A stretch of DNA of 60,399 nt from Pristiophorus japonicus (taxonomy: Eukaryota): assembly GCF_044704955.1 (NCBI RefSeq), contig NW_027251199.1, forward strand, positions 1 through 60,399, given 5' to 3'. The first letter of the stretch is position 1; each line of letters starts with the position of its first letter. Shown piece by piece: positions 22,465-35,519 of the stretch. The position numbers and the translations under genes are program-made. The notes below the pieces were generated by a model. That model saw only the letters and a program-made list of their open reading frames with translations, made no database searches and was not told the DNA's origin.

Positions 22465-24770
22465 GTAATGAGGAACAAGGAAATGGCAGACCAATCGAAC
22501 AAATACTTTGGTTCTGTCTTCATTAAGGAAGACACAAATAACCTCCTGAAAATACTAGGGGACCGAGGGTCTAGTGAGAAGAGGGAACTGGGGGAAATCC
22601 TTATTAGTCAGGAAATGGTGTTAGGGAAATTGAAGGGACTGAAGGCTGATAAATCCCCAGGGCCTGATAGGCTGTATCCCAGTGTACTTAAGGAAGTGGC
22701 CCTAGAAATAGTAGATGCATTGGTGATCATTTTCCAACATTCCATGGACTCTGGTTCAGTTCCTATGGACTGGAGGGTAGCTAATGTAACCCCACTTTTA
22801 AAAAAAGGAGGGAGAGAGAAAACAGGGAATTATAGACCGGTTAGCCTGACATTGGTGGTGGGGAAAATGCTGGAATCAATTATTAAAGATGTAATAGGAA
22901 AGCAGTGACAGGATCAGTCCAAGTCAGCATGGATTTATGAAAGGGAAATCATGCTTGACAAATCTTCTAGAATTTTTCGAGGATGTAACTAGTAGAGTGG
23001 ACAAGGGAGAACCAGTGGATGTGGTGTATTTGGACTTTCAAAAGGCTTTTGACAAGATCCCACATGAGAGTGCAAAATTAAGGCTCATGGTATTGGGGAT
23101 AATGTATTGGCATGGATAGAGAACAGGTTGGCTGACGGGAAGCAAAGAGTGGGAATAAACAGGTCCTTTTCAGAATGGTAGGCAGTGACTAGTGGGGTGC
23201 CGCAGAGTTCAGTGGACCCCAGCTATTTACAATATACATTAATGATTTAGATGAAGGCATTGAATGTAATATCTCCAAGTTTGCAGATGGCACTAAGCTG
23301 GGTGTCAGTGCGAGCTGCGAGGAGGATGCTAGGAGGCTGCAGGGGGACTTGGACAGGTTAAATGAATGGGCAAATGCATGGCAGATGCAGTATAATGTGG
23401 ATAAGTGTGAGGTTATCCACTTTGGTGGCAAAAACAGGAAGACAAATTATTACCTGAATGGTGACAGATTAGTAAAAGGGGAGGTTCAACGAGACCTGGG
23501 TGTCATGGTGCATCAGTCATTGAAGGTAGGCATACAAGTACAACAGGCAGTAAAGAAAGCAAATGGCATGCTGGCCTTCATAAGAATTAGGAACAGGAGT
23601 AGGCCATCTAGCCCCTCGAGCCTGCTCCGCCATTCAACAAGATCATGGCTGATCTGGCCGTGGACTCAGCTCCACTTACCCACCCGCTCCCCATAACCCT
23701 TAATTCCCTTATTGGTTAAAAATCTATCTATCTGTGATTTGAATACATTCAATGAGCTAGCCTCAACTGTTTCCTTGGACAGAGAATTCCACAGATCCAC
23801 AACCCTCTGGGAGAAGAAATTCCTTCTCAACTTGGTTTTAAATTAGCTCCCCCGTATTTTGAGGCTGTGCCCCCTAGTTCTAGTCTCCCCGACCAGTGGA
23901 AACAACCTCTCTGCCTCTATCTTGTCTATCCCTTTCATTATTTTAAATGTTTCTATAAGATCACCCCTTATCCTTCTGAACTCCAACGAGTAAAGACCCA
24001 GTCTACTCAATCTATCATCATAAGGTAACCCCCTCATCTCCGGAATCAGCCTATTGAATTGTCTCTGTACCCCCTCCAAAGCTAGTATATCCTTCCTTAA
24101 GTAAGGTGACCAAAACTGCACGCAGTACTCCAGATGCGGCCTCACCAATAGCGAGGGGATTTGAGTATAGGAGCAGGGAGGTCTTACTGCAATTGTTCAG
24201 GGCCTTGATGAGACCACACCTTGAGCATTGTGTGCAATTTTGGTCCCCTAATCTGAGGAAGGACATTCTTGCTATTGAGGGAGTGCAATAAAAGTTCACC
24301 AGACTGATTCCCGAGATGGCAGGAATGACATGTGAAGAAAGACTGGATCAACTAGGCTTATATTCACTGGAATTTCGATGAATGAGAGGGGATCTCATTG
24401 AAACATATAAAGTTCTGACAGGATTGGACAGGTTAGATGCAGGAAGAATGTTCCCGATGTTGGGGAAGTCCAGAACCAGGGGTCACAGTCTAAGGATAAG
24501 GGATAAGCCATTTAGGACCGAGATGAGGAGAAACTTCTTCACTCAGAATTGTGAACCTGTGGCATTCTCTACCACAGAAAGTTGTTGAGGCCAGTTCGTT
24601 AGAATATTCAAAAGGGAGTTAGATGTGGCGCTTATGGCTAAAGGGATCAAGGGGTATGGAGAGAAAGCAGGAATGGGGTACTGAAGTTGCATGATCAGCC
24701 ATGATCATGTTGAATGGTGGTGCAGGCTAGAAGGGCCGAATGGCCTACTCCTGCACCTATTTTCTATGTA
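22465..24770 (+). mobile_element. CR1/HER1-type LINE RT-3' portion, interrupted by an inverted CR1 fragment
   Basis: KSPGPD, NYRPVSL, VYLDFQKAFDK, GMLAFI|insert|ARGFEYRS; highly similar to 11820-13490. Confidence 0.92.
23580..24147 (-). mobile_element. CR1-type 3' fragment inserted antisense into another CR1
   Basis: Minus [34 protein letters not shown]; tail ATAAGAATTAGGAACAGGAGTAGGCC. Confidence 0.9.
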
Positions 24771-27124
24771 CCTCTTTGACCAAGCTTTTGATCACCTGTG
24801 CTAATTTCTACTTATGCGGTTCGGTGCCAAATTGTTTTATCTCAATACCCCTGTTAAGTGCCTTGGGACGTTTCACTACATTAAAGGTGCTATATAAATA
24901 CAAGTTGTTGCTGTTGTTTATGGCTCAGTTACTCACCGTCCTAACCAGCTGAGCCATTGAAGCGGCTCACTAGCTTTTAAAAATAGATTGGTGACTTGTA
25001 GAGAACTGGTTGATAAATGCAGGACAGCGTGATGGAAATTTACAGATCCCTCAGAGGAGCATGGTATTCTGGTGTATCATATCAATCCCTACAATATTAC
25101 ATATTGAGCTTGTTTCTGAGTAGAAATGACTGAATGGAACTAAACTCGTGACTCAAATAGGATCAGGCTATGCGCCGAGTGAATTTGAATCACTGAGGAT
25201 GTCCTGCCTAAGTCTGGATCAGTGAAAATATTGAGGATGCCTTGCCGACATCGGGGTCAGTAAAGACTTGTTCAAATCAATGGTTTAAATTAGTTAGAAT
25301 TTGGAACACCTCAAAAGTCAAATACAGGCCTGTCCATATTTGAAAAGAGAGGAGACAAGTTAACGTTTGGCTCAGAGAACTTTCATTTGACTAAGGGACT
25401 CCACACAAATGTTAACCTGTCATTTATTTCAGATACTGATGGAGCTATCATGTATTTCTGATATTTTCTGTTTTAATTTTAGATTTCCTTCAGTTTTTCA
25501 TTTTTATCTCTAAAATAAAGCTCCTTTTGTGCACATTCCTCATCTCCGTGGTACTAAAACTGCACACGAGTGGGAAAATTACTACATTTCATCAGGTGCA
25601 GACGGACTTGCATTTCAGTGCCTAATATGACATTTCTAGCGGAAAATCTCCACACTCGCTAAAAGAGCACACAGCTTGGAACAAGCACACATTGATGTAC
25701 GCGAGGTCACGTTATACACAGGGAATCCGATTCCTATTTGGCCCACAGCATACATACCACAATCTGTGTGCCTTCTCCCTTCAGTCAGTCCTTTATAAAC
25801 GCACCAGACGTTCTCACTTAACTATTGTCAACACTAGCAATTTCCAGAAGCTTTCCCGATGACTCAGTGAGTTGATCTAGTGAGTACCCGAGTCACGCGG
25901 AAAGTTTCCAGGTTCCATCCACGGTCTGTTGGGTCAGCTGATCTCTATCATAGCAACAGTAAGGGTGTTATGACTGGCCTCAGCATTCACCAGTTAGGAA
26001 GTGGAAAAAGAACCACAGTTTTGGCATCTTATCCCTAACCATTAAATTTCTGCTGCAGTAAGGACAAAGCCTGTGGGATGGCATCCCAGTAAAGGGGGGA
26101 ACTGTCCCAGTGTGGCAGTATCCCAGTAAAGAGGAGTGATTGTCCCACGGGGACAATGTCCCAGTAAAGAGAAGAGATGGTCCCTGTGGAGCAGAATCCC
26201 AGTAAGGATTCAATGCTTAAGTGGTGAAAATTGGCTAAAAATATCAAAAGAAAAGTCATTTGCAGAAACTGTTTCATTGTAGAACTCGTGTTTTTAAAAA
26301 AAAAAAATTCCCTACTTGAGTTTTCATCCAGTGTTCCAGGATACAGTGCTGTCAGTTAGAAATGACTCAATAATCTGATTATGATGTAACAGACTAGAAA
26401 TGTTTTCCAATGACCTCAGAAAGGTGGAGTCTCAGATTGCAATAAGACCTTATTCCACTTTAATTTACTGGAGCAACTCACTCGGTGGGTATGATTCAGC
26501 AACAGAATCAGCTGGACTGGGGCTAGCTTTGTGCGGAGTTACAGATGAGTTATGAAAGGATTGAAGAATCTGCAGTTCTCGTGTGCTGGGGTTTGACTGT
26601 TTTACACTATTCTGTGCACTGACTGGTCCAACTAGTAAAAGTGCTTTTAGTGAAGGTATAGGTTTACTTAATGTTCCAGCATTTACCGCAATGTCTGACT
26701 AACCGGGTAATGACAACTGTAAAGACACTGACACATACTGTAAATGTCTGAGTCACTGGGCCAGCTACCAAAACATTTCCCAGTGGAAAGTGCAGATTCC
26801 CAAGGACTCTGCAGGCAGATACAAATCGTGCTGCCCAGCAGAACGCCAGAGTCCTGTCCCGACAGTCAGAAATACACTATCCATTTGAAACCATTGGCTA
26901 TGGTGAGGATATTGCTGCGGAGTGGCTGAGAGCGAGCTGTAGGGGTAGAAACTAACACGGTGCATTTTATTCCCTCAGTGATGCTCTTCAGAGAAGTTTG
27001 ACAGAATTCACACGTAAGACTACTATTCATTCTTTATGGATTGTTCATAGTTGTTCAGCTTTATTTATTTATATTTTTCTTACCGTCCCAATTTTCTTCT
27101 CCCTCGGGTTTGAAGACTGGGGTT

Positions 27125-27460
27125 TCATTGGCGTTTGGCTGCCCATGTGTTCACTCTCGCTGGGATTAGGTTCCCCATGCGCTTACTCTCACTGGAGTAC
27201 GAGTTCCCCGAGCACAGGGATTTCCCTGATGTTTGGCTCCCCAGGTGTTCACTCTCACCGAGGTATAGGTTCCGTGGGTGCTGACTCTCTGGGGTACAGT
27301 TCCCCGGGATGCTGACTCTCACTGCGGTTTGGGTTCCCAGGACACTGACTTTCGCTGGGATATAGGTTCCCCAGGAATCTACTTTCCCCGCCGTTTTTGG
27401 GTTTGGCTTCCACAGGTGCTGACTCTCGGGTTCCTGGTCGCTGATTCTCACTGGGGGCCG
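27125..27460. repeat. Degenerate array of the 32-bp GGGGTACAGTTCCCCGGGTGCTGACTC satellite family
   Basis: Exact unit core TGCTGACTCTCTGGGGTACAGTTCCCCGGG at about 27279-27308, with diverged neighbours. Confidence 0.75.
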
Positions 27461-27845
27461 GGGCCAACGGCCAACATCACACACTTACTTCCCAGCAGGG
27501 ATCAGTCACTCATGATCAGGAATAGGATCCTTTGCTGATTATTTTTCCATCCTCCCTATCTCACGGGCAGTAAGGCCAATTTTAATTCTCCTGGGCTCTG
27601 CTGGCTCAGATCAGTTAGCTCAATACAGCTGGGACCTTGCTGCGCTATTTGCCTTGGATACTCACTGGATAAGCTCCCTGACCCAGCATGGGAGCTGTAT
27701 TTTAATAAAAGCTAATGTAGGGCAGTGTAGTGCTGGTGACTTGGTAATTGTGGAGCCTCAGTGATCACTCGCTACCCTGAGCCAGAATACCAAAATAAAA
27801 CCAGATAATTTTTGTCTAACGCAAATATTTATTTTGTTTCTACAG

Positions 27846-28086
27846 CTTGGTTACGGCAGTATTGGCAACACACAAACCTGCAGCATTGGGAGGAGAAAGC
27901 GTTTCAGTAGAAAGACTAATAACCAACCGCCTGACTACTGGACTCGAGCACCCTGCGGTGACGCCACAAGCACCAGAACCTGAGTGTCCTGCAACGGACA
28001 CATCGCCTTCTCGAGTTTCTTTAAGGACTGCAAACATAGCCAAAGTGATCCTGGATTTATCAAACACGGCAAAATAGGTTGTAACA
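27846..28086 (+). other. 5' UTR part of CDC42SE exon 2
   Basis: Polypyrimidine acceptor TTTTGTTTCTACAG| at 27845, continuous to the ATG at 28087. Confidence 0.7.
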
Positions 28087-28140
28087 ATGAGTGAATTCTG
28101 GTTATGTTTTAACTGCTGTATTGCAGAACAACCGCAACCA
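28087..28140 (+). CDS. CDC42SE2: CDC42 small effector (CDC42SE2-like), coding exon 1: MSEFWLCFNCCIAEQPQP
   Basis: Matches the recalled CDC42SE2 N-terminus; donor CCA|GTAAGT. Confidence 0.93.
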
Positions 28141-28597
28141 GTAAGTGTGCTTTTTAAATGAATGAATCCCATACTTTTAACTGCTGCTGAATTTATAATA
28201 GTACAGAACCATACTGCTGGATTTCAGTGACTTATATACTTACTAAAGAGAAGGGGCAGGGATTAGAATGGAATATCTGCTCTCGGCTTTGTATTCCTGG
28301 ACGCTCTTTGAAGTCCACATTGACATTGCACAAGTTCTTTCCAGGGATTGAGGGAGATTAGCACACTAACCATATAACACACGTAACATTGCTTTTCTAC
28401 ACAGTTTAGACTGATTGCACGGTAATCATATTTAGATAGGGTATAACTTTTAATATGAGAATGTTTCTAATGTCAGCTTGCATTAATGGACCTGCTGTAT
28501 ATTCATTGCAATCTGTGCGATGTCAACAGTTTGCCACCGTTGTGTCCATGTGTTAAAGTGCTGCAGGTTCTCAGTTTTGGTATCTTTATTTTAACAG

Positions 28598-28702
28598 AAA
28601 AGGCGGAGGCGGATAGACAGGAGTATGATTGGAGAGCCAACAAATTTTGTTCACACATCGCACATGGGGGCCGGAGATATGTTCGTAGATCGAATGAGCT
28701 CT
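28598..28702 (+). CDS. CDC42SE2: CDC42SE2-like coding exon 2 (CRIB): [35 protein letters not shown]
   Basis: CRIB motif [11 protein letters not shown]; acceptor TTTAACAG|, donor TCT|GTAAGT; phase 0. Confidence 0.95.
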
Positions 28703-29261
28703 GTAAGTATTTCTCAAATACTTTGTAAGGTTACTGAATCTTTTTCATTTGGTGCCTTGTTATTTTGTCTGCTTGCAACTGTGGTGGTGAGTGAGAGTGT
28801 GAGCAGGCACCTCAGCGCTCCTACGCTACACCAGATGCATGAGGTTCCCTGCCTGCCTTGTGTGTCAGTGCACTGTCATTAGTGAGATTGGAAATTCATT
28901 GCATGGGGTGCTGCAGAAGCTAAAATCAGTGTTATTTTAATGTTAGTATTCATTACAGGGTGGATTGCAGTACGAGGGAGTTCAGTTGTTGATTCACAAT
29001 GTTACCCACCTACTACTTCTAGGTATAAAAGAACTTTTTCACATTTTGTGTCAAATAAGCCAGGGTATAAATGACCCATGATTACGTAGAATTATATAGA
29101 AATTACAACACAGACACAGACTGTGCGGCCCATTCAGTCCGTGTTGGTAGTTATCTTCCACATAAGCAGTAGTGCTAATCCAGTGTGCCCGCCCGGTTCC
29201 TATTATCCTTTTACTCCCCATTTACTTCAACCACCTAGCTAACCTATTCATAAATGTTGAC

Positions 29262-29545
29262 GTCATCATCATCATAGGCAGTCCCTCGGAGTCGAGGATG
29301 ACTTGCTTTCACACTAAAAGTGAGTTCTCAGGTGACTGAAGAGTCTGATGCGGGCCATGATGGTCCTGACGTTCCAGGTCATGAACTTCATTTTGAAGTG
29401 TGGCAGATGCCTGTGCGGGAATTCTTTTAACGTGGGGTGGCCGTTGCACACCAGCTACCACATGGGCTTGACCAAGAGCAAGGTCTTGGTCCAGTGGTAA
29501 GGGGGTCCAAGACGATTGGAGACCAAGCTCCGCTGTATGGGACGT
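29262..29545 (-). mobile_element. RTE-tailed non-autonomous element, truncated
   Basis: (CAT)nAGGCAGTCCCTCGGAGTCGAGGATGACTTGC plus shared body. Confidence 0.75.
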
Positions 29546-30764
29546 GGTCTTTGCCTAAATCACTAACTTTTGGTCGTGCATTCCACTGCCTCAACCCATT
29601 GTGTAAAAAAAAAAAAGGAGAGGTTTCTCAGGCTAATGGTGGGTCATTTATAAATCATCCACAGTGAGCAGGTGGCAGGATATAAATGATCCTGGGTGAA
29701 TATAAAATACATAGAATTACATAGAATCTGCAGCACAAATTCGGCCGTTTGGCGTAACTGGTGTTTATACGCCTACCACTCCAATCACCTCTTTCCACCC
29801 TGGCCCTTCTCCCTCATGGATCAAGCCCCATCTTAAATGCTACAGTGTTATCTGCTTCAATCACTCCATGTGGCAGCAAGTTCCACCACTGTGTTTAAAA
29901 AATCCCCCTAAATTCTTTATTTGATCTGTTAGCAGCTATCTTGTATTTATGACCCCCGCTTTGGTCTGAGCTCACTCCCAAGTGGGATCAGTTTCTCCAC
30001 ATCCACCCTATCGAACCCCTTGATAATTTTACACATCTATCAGGTCTCCTTTTCATCTATTTTCCAGATGAAAGAGTGCTTAATATTTCCTGATGGTTGC
30101 ATCTTCTCAAGTCTGGGAACATACTTGTAAAGCCTTTCTCCACTTTCTCAGGTGATGGAGGGGGGTTACTGGGTAGGTTGTTAAGTCTGTAGGTTAGTAT
30201 TATATACATCCAAACCCTTCACTCCCCTGCTTTATTAGTTTATAGTTCTGTCTGTAGTCCGATTAATGCTGTCTGTGGTGAGCAGATACTAGGGTATAAA
30301 TGACTCCAAGCGAATACCACCAACAATTAGCATTTTTTAATGAAAAAAACATCCCAAGTCACGCCACAGAGGTATGCAGAACAATGAGATGCCAAGCAGA
30401 AAAGAGATATTAGGAAAGGTGACCTAAAGCTTGGTCAAAGCGGTTGGTTTTAAGGAAGGTCTTAAGAGAAAGCGATTTGGAGAGGCATCGGGTTATTAAT
30501 TCTAGAGTGTGGGGGCAAAGGCAGCTGAAGGCATGGCCATCAATGGTGGGGTGAAGGGAGGGAGTGATGTATAAGAGGTCAGAGTTTGTGAGGGAGTGGG
30601 CAACAACCACAACCCGCTCTCCACCCACCCACATATCTGGTGGAACATTGAAGTCTTGCTCTCACCTACAGATCATGCGCCAAACACAAGAGCAGGTGAA
30701 AGGTTTTGATATTCCTGCACACTGCCTCTCAGTTTTCAGACCTGAGGCATGCAGCCAATGAACC

Positions 30765-32335
30765 AGTATAAGAAATAGGAGCAACAGTAGGCCATTTGGC
30801 CCTTCAAGCCTGCTCTGCCATTCAACAAAATCATGGCTGATCTTCGACCTCAACTCCACCTTCCCGCACTATCACCATATCCCTTAATTCCCTTAGTTCC
30901 CAAAAAATGATCACCCTCTGTCTTGAATATACTCAACGGCTGATTATCTACAGCTCTCTGGGGTAGAGAATTCCAAAGATTCACACTCCTTATCTCAGGC
31001 CTAAATGGCCGACTCCTTGTTCTGTGACTGTGACCCCGTGTTCTAGATTCCCCAGTTAGGGGAAACATTCAGCATTAACCCTGACAAGCCTCTTAAGAAT
31101 TTTATATGTTTCGATTAGATCACCTCTTATTCTTCTAAACTCTGGGAAATATAGGCCTAGTCTACTCAATCTCTCCTCGTAGGGCAATCCCCTCAACCCA
31201 GGAACCAGTCTAGTGAACCTTCGTTGCATTCCCTCTAAGGCAAGTATGTCTTTCCTTGGGTAAGGAGACCTAGAACTGTTCACAGTACAGTTCGTGTGGC
31301 CTCACCAATACCCTGTATAACTGTAGTAAGACTTATTTACTCTTATACTCTAATCCCTTTGTAATAAAAGCTAATATCCATTTGCTTTCCTAATTGCTTG
31401 CTTTACCTATATGTTAATTTTCTGTGATTCATATAAAAGGACACCCATGTCTCTTTGAATGCAAACATTTCCCAGTTTCTCACCATTCAAAAAACATTTT
31501 GCTTTTTTGTTTCCTACCAAAGTGGATAACTTCACACTTCCCTACATTGTATTCCATTTGCCATGTTCTTGCCCATTCAGTCAACTTGTCTATATCTCTC
31601 TGCAGCCTCTCTGCATCCTCCTCACAGCTTACTTTCCCACCTAACTTTGTATCATCAGCAAACTTGGATACGTTACACTCAGTCCCTTCAGCTAAGTCAT
31701 TATTATAGATTGTAAATAGCTGAGGCCCAAGCACTGATCCGTGCGGTACAGCCTGCAAACTCAAAAAAAAATGTCCCGTTTATTCCTACTCTGTTTTCTG
31801 TTCATTAACCAAACCTCAATTCATGCTAATATATTACTCCCAATTCCATGAGTCTTAATTTTTTGTAATATCTTCTTGTGTGGCACCTCATTGAATGCTT
31901 TTTGAAAATCCAAATACACTGCATCCACTGGTTCCCCCTTATCCATCCTACTAGTTACATCTTCAGAAAATTCTGACAGATTTGTCAAACATGATTTTCC
32001 TTTCATAAAACCATGTTGATTCTGCCTAATCATACTACGATTTTCTGAGTGTACCGTTATCACGTCCCTAATAATATATTCTAGCATTTTGCTTACTACT
32101 GATGTCAGGCTAACTGGCCATAGTCCCTGTTTTTTCTCTTCCTCCTTTCTTAAATAGCGGGGTTATGTTTGCTACCTTCCAATCCTTGGGGACTGTTCTG
32201 AATCTAGGGAATTCTGGAAGATTAATACCAGTGCATCCACTATCTCTGCAACCACCTCTTTTAAAACCCAAGGATGCAGGTCGTCTGGTCCCGGGGATTT
32301 GTCGCCACTTCGTTCCATTCATTTCTCCAGTTAAG
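30765..32335 (-). mobile_element. CR1-type LINE RT-3' portion
   Basis: Minus ORFs QHGFMKGKSCLTNL..VYLDFQKAF, VPHGSVLGPQLFTIY..KFADDTK, YEERLSRLGL. Confidence 0.9.
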
Positions 32336-32820
32336 TGAAGGTTCATGAGGTTGATTCCTGAGATGAAGGGATTATCTTATGAAGAAAGATTGGGCCTATA
32401 TTCATTGGAGTTTAGAAGAATGACAGGTGATCTTATTGAAACATATAAGATTCTGAGGGGGCTTGATAAGGTAGATGCAGAGAGGATGTTTACCCTCGTG
32501 GAGGAATCTAGAAGTAGGGGGCATTATTTCAGAATAAGGGGTCATTTAAAACAGAAATGAAGAGGAATTTCTTCTCTGAGGGTAGTGAATCTTTGGAATT
32601 CTCTGCCTCAGAGAGCTGTGGAGGCTGGGTCATTGAATATATTTAAGGTGGAGATCGACAGATTTTTGAACGATAGGGGAGCAAGGGTTATAGAAACATA
32701 TGGGAAGAGGACAGGGAAGTGGAGTTGAGGTCAGGATCAGATCAGCCATGATCTTATTGAGTGACGGAGCAGGCTCGAGGGGCCAAATGGCCTACTCCTG
32801 CTCCTATTCCTTATGTTCTT
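32336..32820 (+). mobile_element. CR1-type 3' fragment, opposite orientation to the adjacent copy
   Basis: YEERLGLYSLEFRRMTGDLIETYKI; tail GGCCTACTCCTGCTCCTATTCCTTATGTTCTT. Confidence 0.88.
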
Positions 32821-33579
32821 AGTACTATGTCTTTACTTATACTGATTTCTTAAGTACAAGGAGAACTTTTAGACAACCCACTTTCTGATACAACTCTGTG
32901 ATTCTGAAACATGTCCTAAAATGCAGTAATGGCTCCACCTAGCTGTGATAATGCAAACCACCGGATTTATAATTAGAATGGCAGGCTAAAACAGGTTCTC
33001 AGTCCTATTTTTCTCCCCTCTTTCCCCTGAAGACACTGACTCGAGTTGGGGTACACTTCCAGTATCACTAGTGGCTGTTCTTCATGCGTGATTTCAGATA
33101 ATGAGTATCGGCTATTCAGCTGTGGGGGGATCCCGTCCTCACTCGACATATTTCAGCAAGGGTCACTGGATAATGATCACGAGGGACTGAATTTTTCACA
33201 TGCCCAGTCTGAAGGCGCTGAGATCAACTGTAGTGTCCTAGCTAACTCAGTACAGGCCGTGGATTGAACCTGGGACCTCTCTACTCTGCCCTATCACTTA
33301 CAGCAAAAAGTGCTAAACCTTGACTGACCTGCTGTAGAAGTGACAACTCGTGGATGCTAGTCCTGCGGGAGTTAGTCAGAGGCCTGAGATTTCGAGCAAT
33401 GATAGCCGATAAAGGATAAACATTTTAAAAACATGCTTGGTTTTTGAACATGCTAAAGTGAAAAAGTACAGTGTTCGCAAGATTAATTAGAATGAAAACT
33501 ACAGGTGGAAAAGTTTTGACTGTACAGTATTACATTAGCCTGATTTCCCATACTAACAAACACTTTTCTTCTGTCACAG

Positions 33580-33681
33580 GTGAATGACGTACATGGCCAG
33601 ATGCAATCTAAGGGCGGCTATAGTGACACGGTGCCAATTAGTATTCAGACAATGCAGCTTATTGATACGACGGCAGCGTAG
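33580..33681 (+). CDS. CDC42SE2: CDC42SE2-like coding exon 3: VNDVHGQMQSKGGYSDTVPISIQTMQLIDTTAA*
   Basis: QMQSKGGY and MQL.DT match the family C-terminus; TACTAAC branch point at 33551, acceptor TCACAG|; total ORF 86 aa. Confidence 0.92.
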   Translation: MNDVHGQMQSKGGYSDTVPISIQTMQLIDTTAA

Positions 33682-33933
33682 CGTTACTCGGCTACTGAGT
33701 TACATAACTCAGGTAGATCCATTAGTAAGTATCACTGTTGCTGTGGTACTGATTATCGAGTCAAGTAAAACCATTAATAAATATCACCATTACCATTGTA
33801 CTCTGCTTAAACAACAGTTGTACTTTTTTCTCTGCCTCGCTCCTGAAGGTGCTGAGTTTTGCTACAATTCATCAGGCACCAACCTCTCACCTGAGTGCCC
33901 ATTCTTCATGAGTCTAGACTGCGTGTCGGCAAG

Positions 33934-34109
33934 CAATATTCCCTTTAAGTTGTGTGCGTGCGCGGCCGCGCAGTAATCTGCAAGGAACCGTGTAGGCCAC
34001 TCACAAACTTTTCCATTGGAAAATACCGGGCATGCGCAGAAATTTGAAGGGATCACGGATTGAAGTAAACAGGCCACACACAACAAAGCGTAGCTTAGAG
34101 GGAATATTG
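33934..34109. mobile_element. hAT-like MITE (176 bp)
   Basis: TIRs CAATATTCCCTTTAAGTT / AGCTTAGAGGGAATATTG (16/18); 8-bp TSD TCGGCAAG / TCGACAAG. Confidence 0.8.
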
Positions 34110-34999
34110 TCGACAAGGTGTTAAACCATGGAGGGCATCGCAGTTAAGTCTGATTCTGTCCTTGACATTACCTTCCGGCAGGAGTAATTCGAGACCTGGC
34201 TGATTTTCTCCTCCCTGACCTCAGGCTACCCTGACCGAAAACAAATTTAGCACAAACCAGAGGTCAAACCTAGGGCCTTCCTGGCCTGTATACCTCATTA
34301 CCACCACCATCAGCCCTTGCACTGACAGAATTACCCAGGCAAGAGACAAAATCCTCTGAAAGGTCCGAAAATCTATTTTTTTTATACTTATTTTGTTTAT
34401 TAATTTCATTTTGCAGTTCAAATTTTTTTTTTTTTCATTGCCTTGTCATGGCTGTTTTTCCAGCCCCACTGCAGCTACCTGTTTTTTTTCCAGCTGATAC
34501 ATTATCAGTAATCTTACTTGGGGCACACACTTCATTCCTACAAACCTTATTTCTTGTAGTAACAATTTATGGTCCTGCTTTGGTGTCGGCAATTACCATC
34601 GTAAATTGCTATGTTAATTTTTCCCATTCAATTTTACTATGTCAACTGTCACGGTGCTGTTGCAGGCCGTGGCTCTGAAACTTACTTTCATTAACTGACC
34701 ACAGGGATTGGCACAAGCAATTCACTAATTAATGTTAGGGTGCTATTATACTATTCTACACTATATATAGTATTTAATAAGTTAGTGTGTTGGTATACAA
34801 TGCTGCATTGAAGAACTATTCCTTATCGCTGGGTTAATAGTGGCCTTTGCCCTTACCATGTAGAGTAAAGATTTGACCAACAGTTAGAGGAAACTTTGTT
34901 TTGGATGTGCAAGTTTGTTTTATTTGCATAAGTTACATGTACTAACCAGTTTCTTACAGTAGAATGGCTTATTCATGTGAATACTTGTTTTTTTCCCAG

Positions 35000-35080
35000 G
35001 GTTATACCACCTCGCCCCCTCCACAATGTGAACTGGCTCTTGTGATCCAAAAATAAATGCATTATTTGGGTTGCTTTAAT
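35000..35080 (+). other. Candidate terminal non-coding exon of CDC42SE
   Basis: Strong acceptor TTGTTTTTTTCCCAG| at 34999 and AATAAA at 35052-35057; the 3' end is uncertain. Confidence 0.5.
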
Positions 35081-35519
35081 TTTTCCCTCAAGAATCTACT
35101 TGGTCTAATTGATCTTTAATTATTATTTTGCTTGGCCGAGTCCAACAGTGAGCTTGTCATTGTCTGACAAGTTCATTATCCGTTTCATGCTTCCTTCTCT
35201 TTCAATCTGTTGTGGATATTACAGTAATTATCTTGCTACACAATAGCTGGCAACTTAACATATAAAAAGGAATTTATTCTTTCTATTACAAGTCCAACAA
35301 GTAAAAAGTGACCATTGTATTCTCTGATGGTTCAGAGAGTTTATTAGTGAATGGCTGAGGCATACAAAGCAGGAAGGTCTGGTCCCGGGTTCCATTCCTG
35401 GTCTGTGCAGCTAGCTGATCACAGCGGGTCATTATACTTGCCCCAGTGTATCCAGGATCGAAAACATCAACCAGAGTTTCCCCTCCTGATCACTAACATG
35501 ACTGAGTAATGTGGCACTA

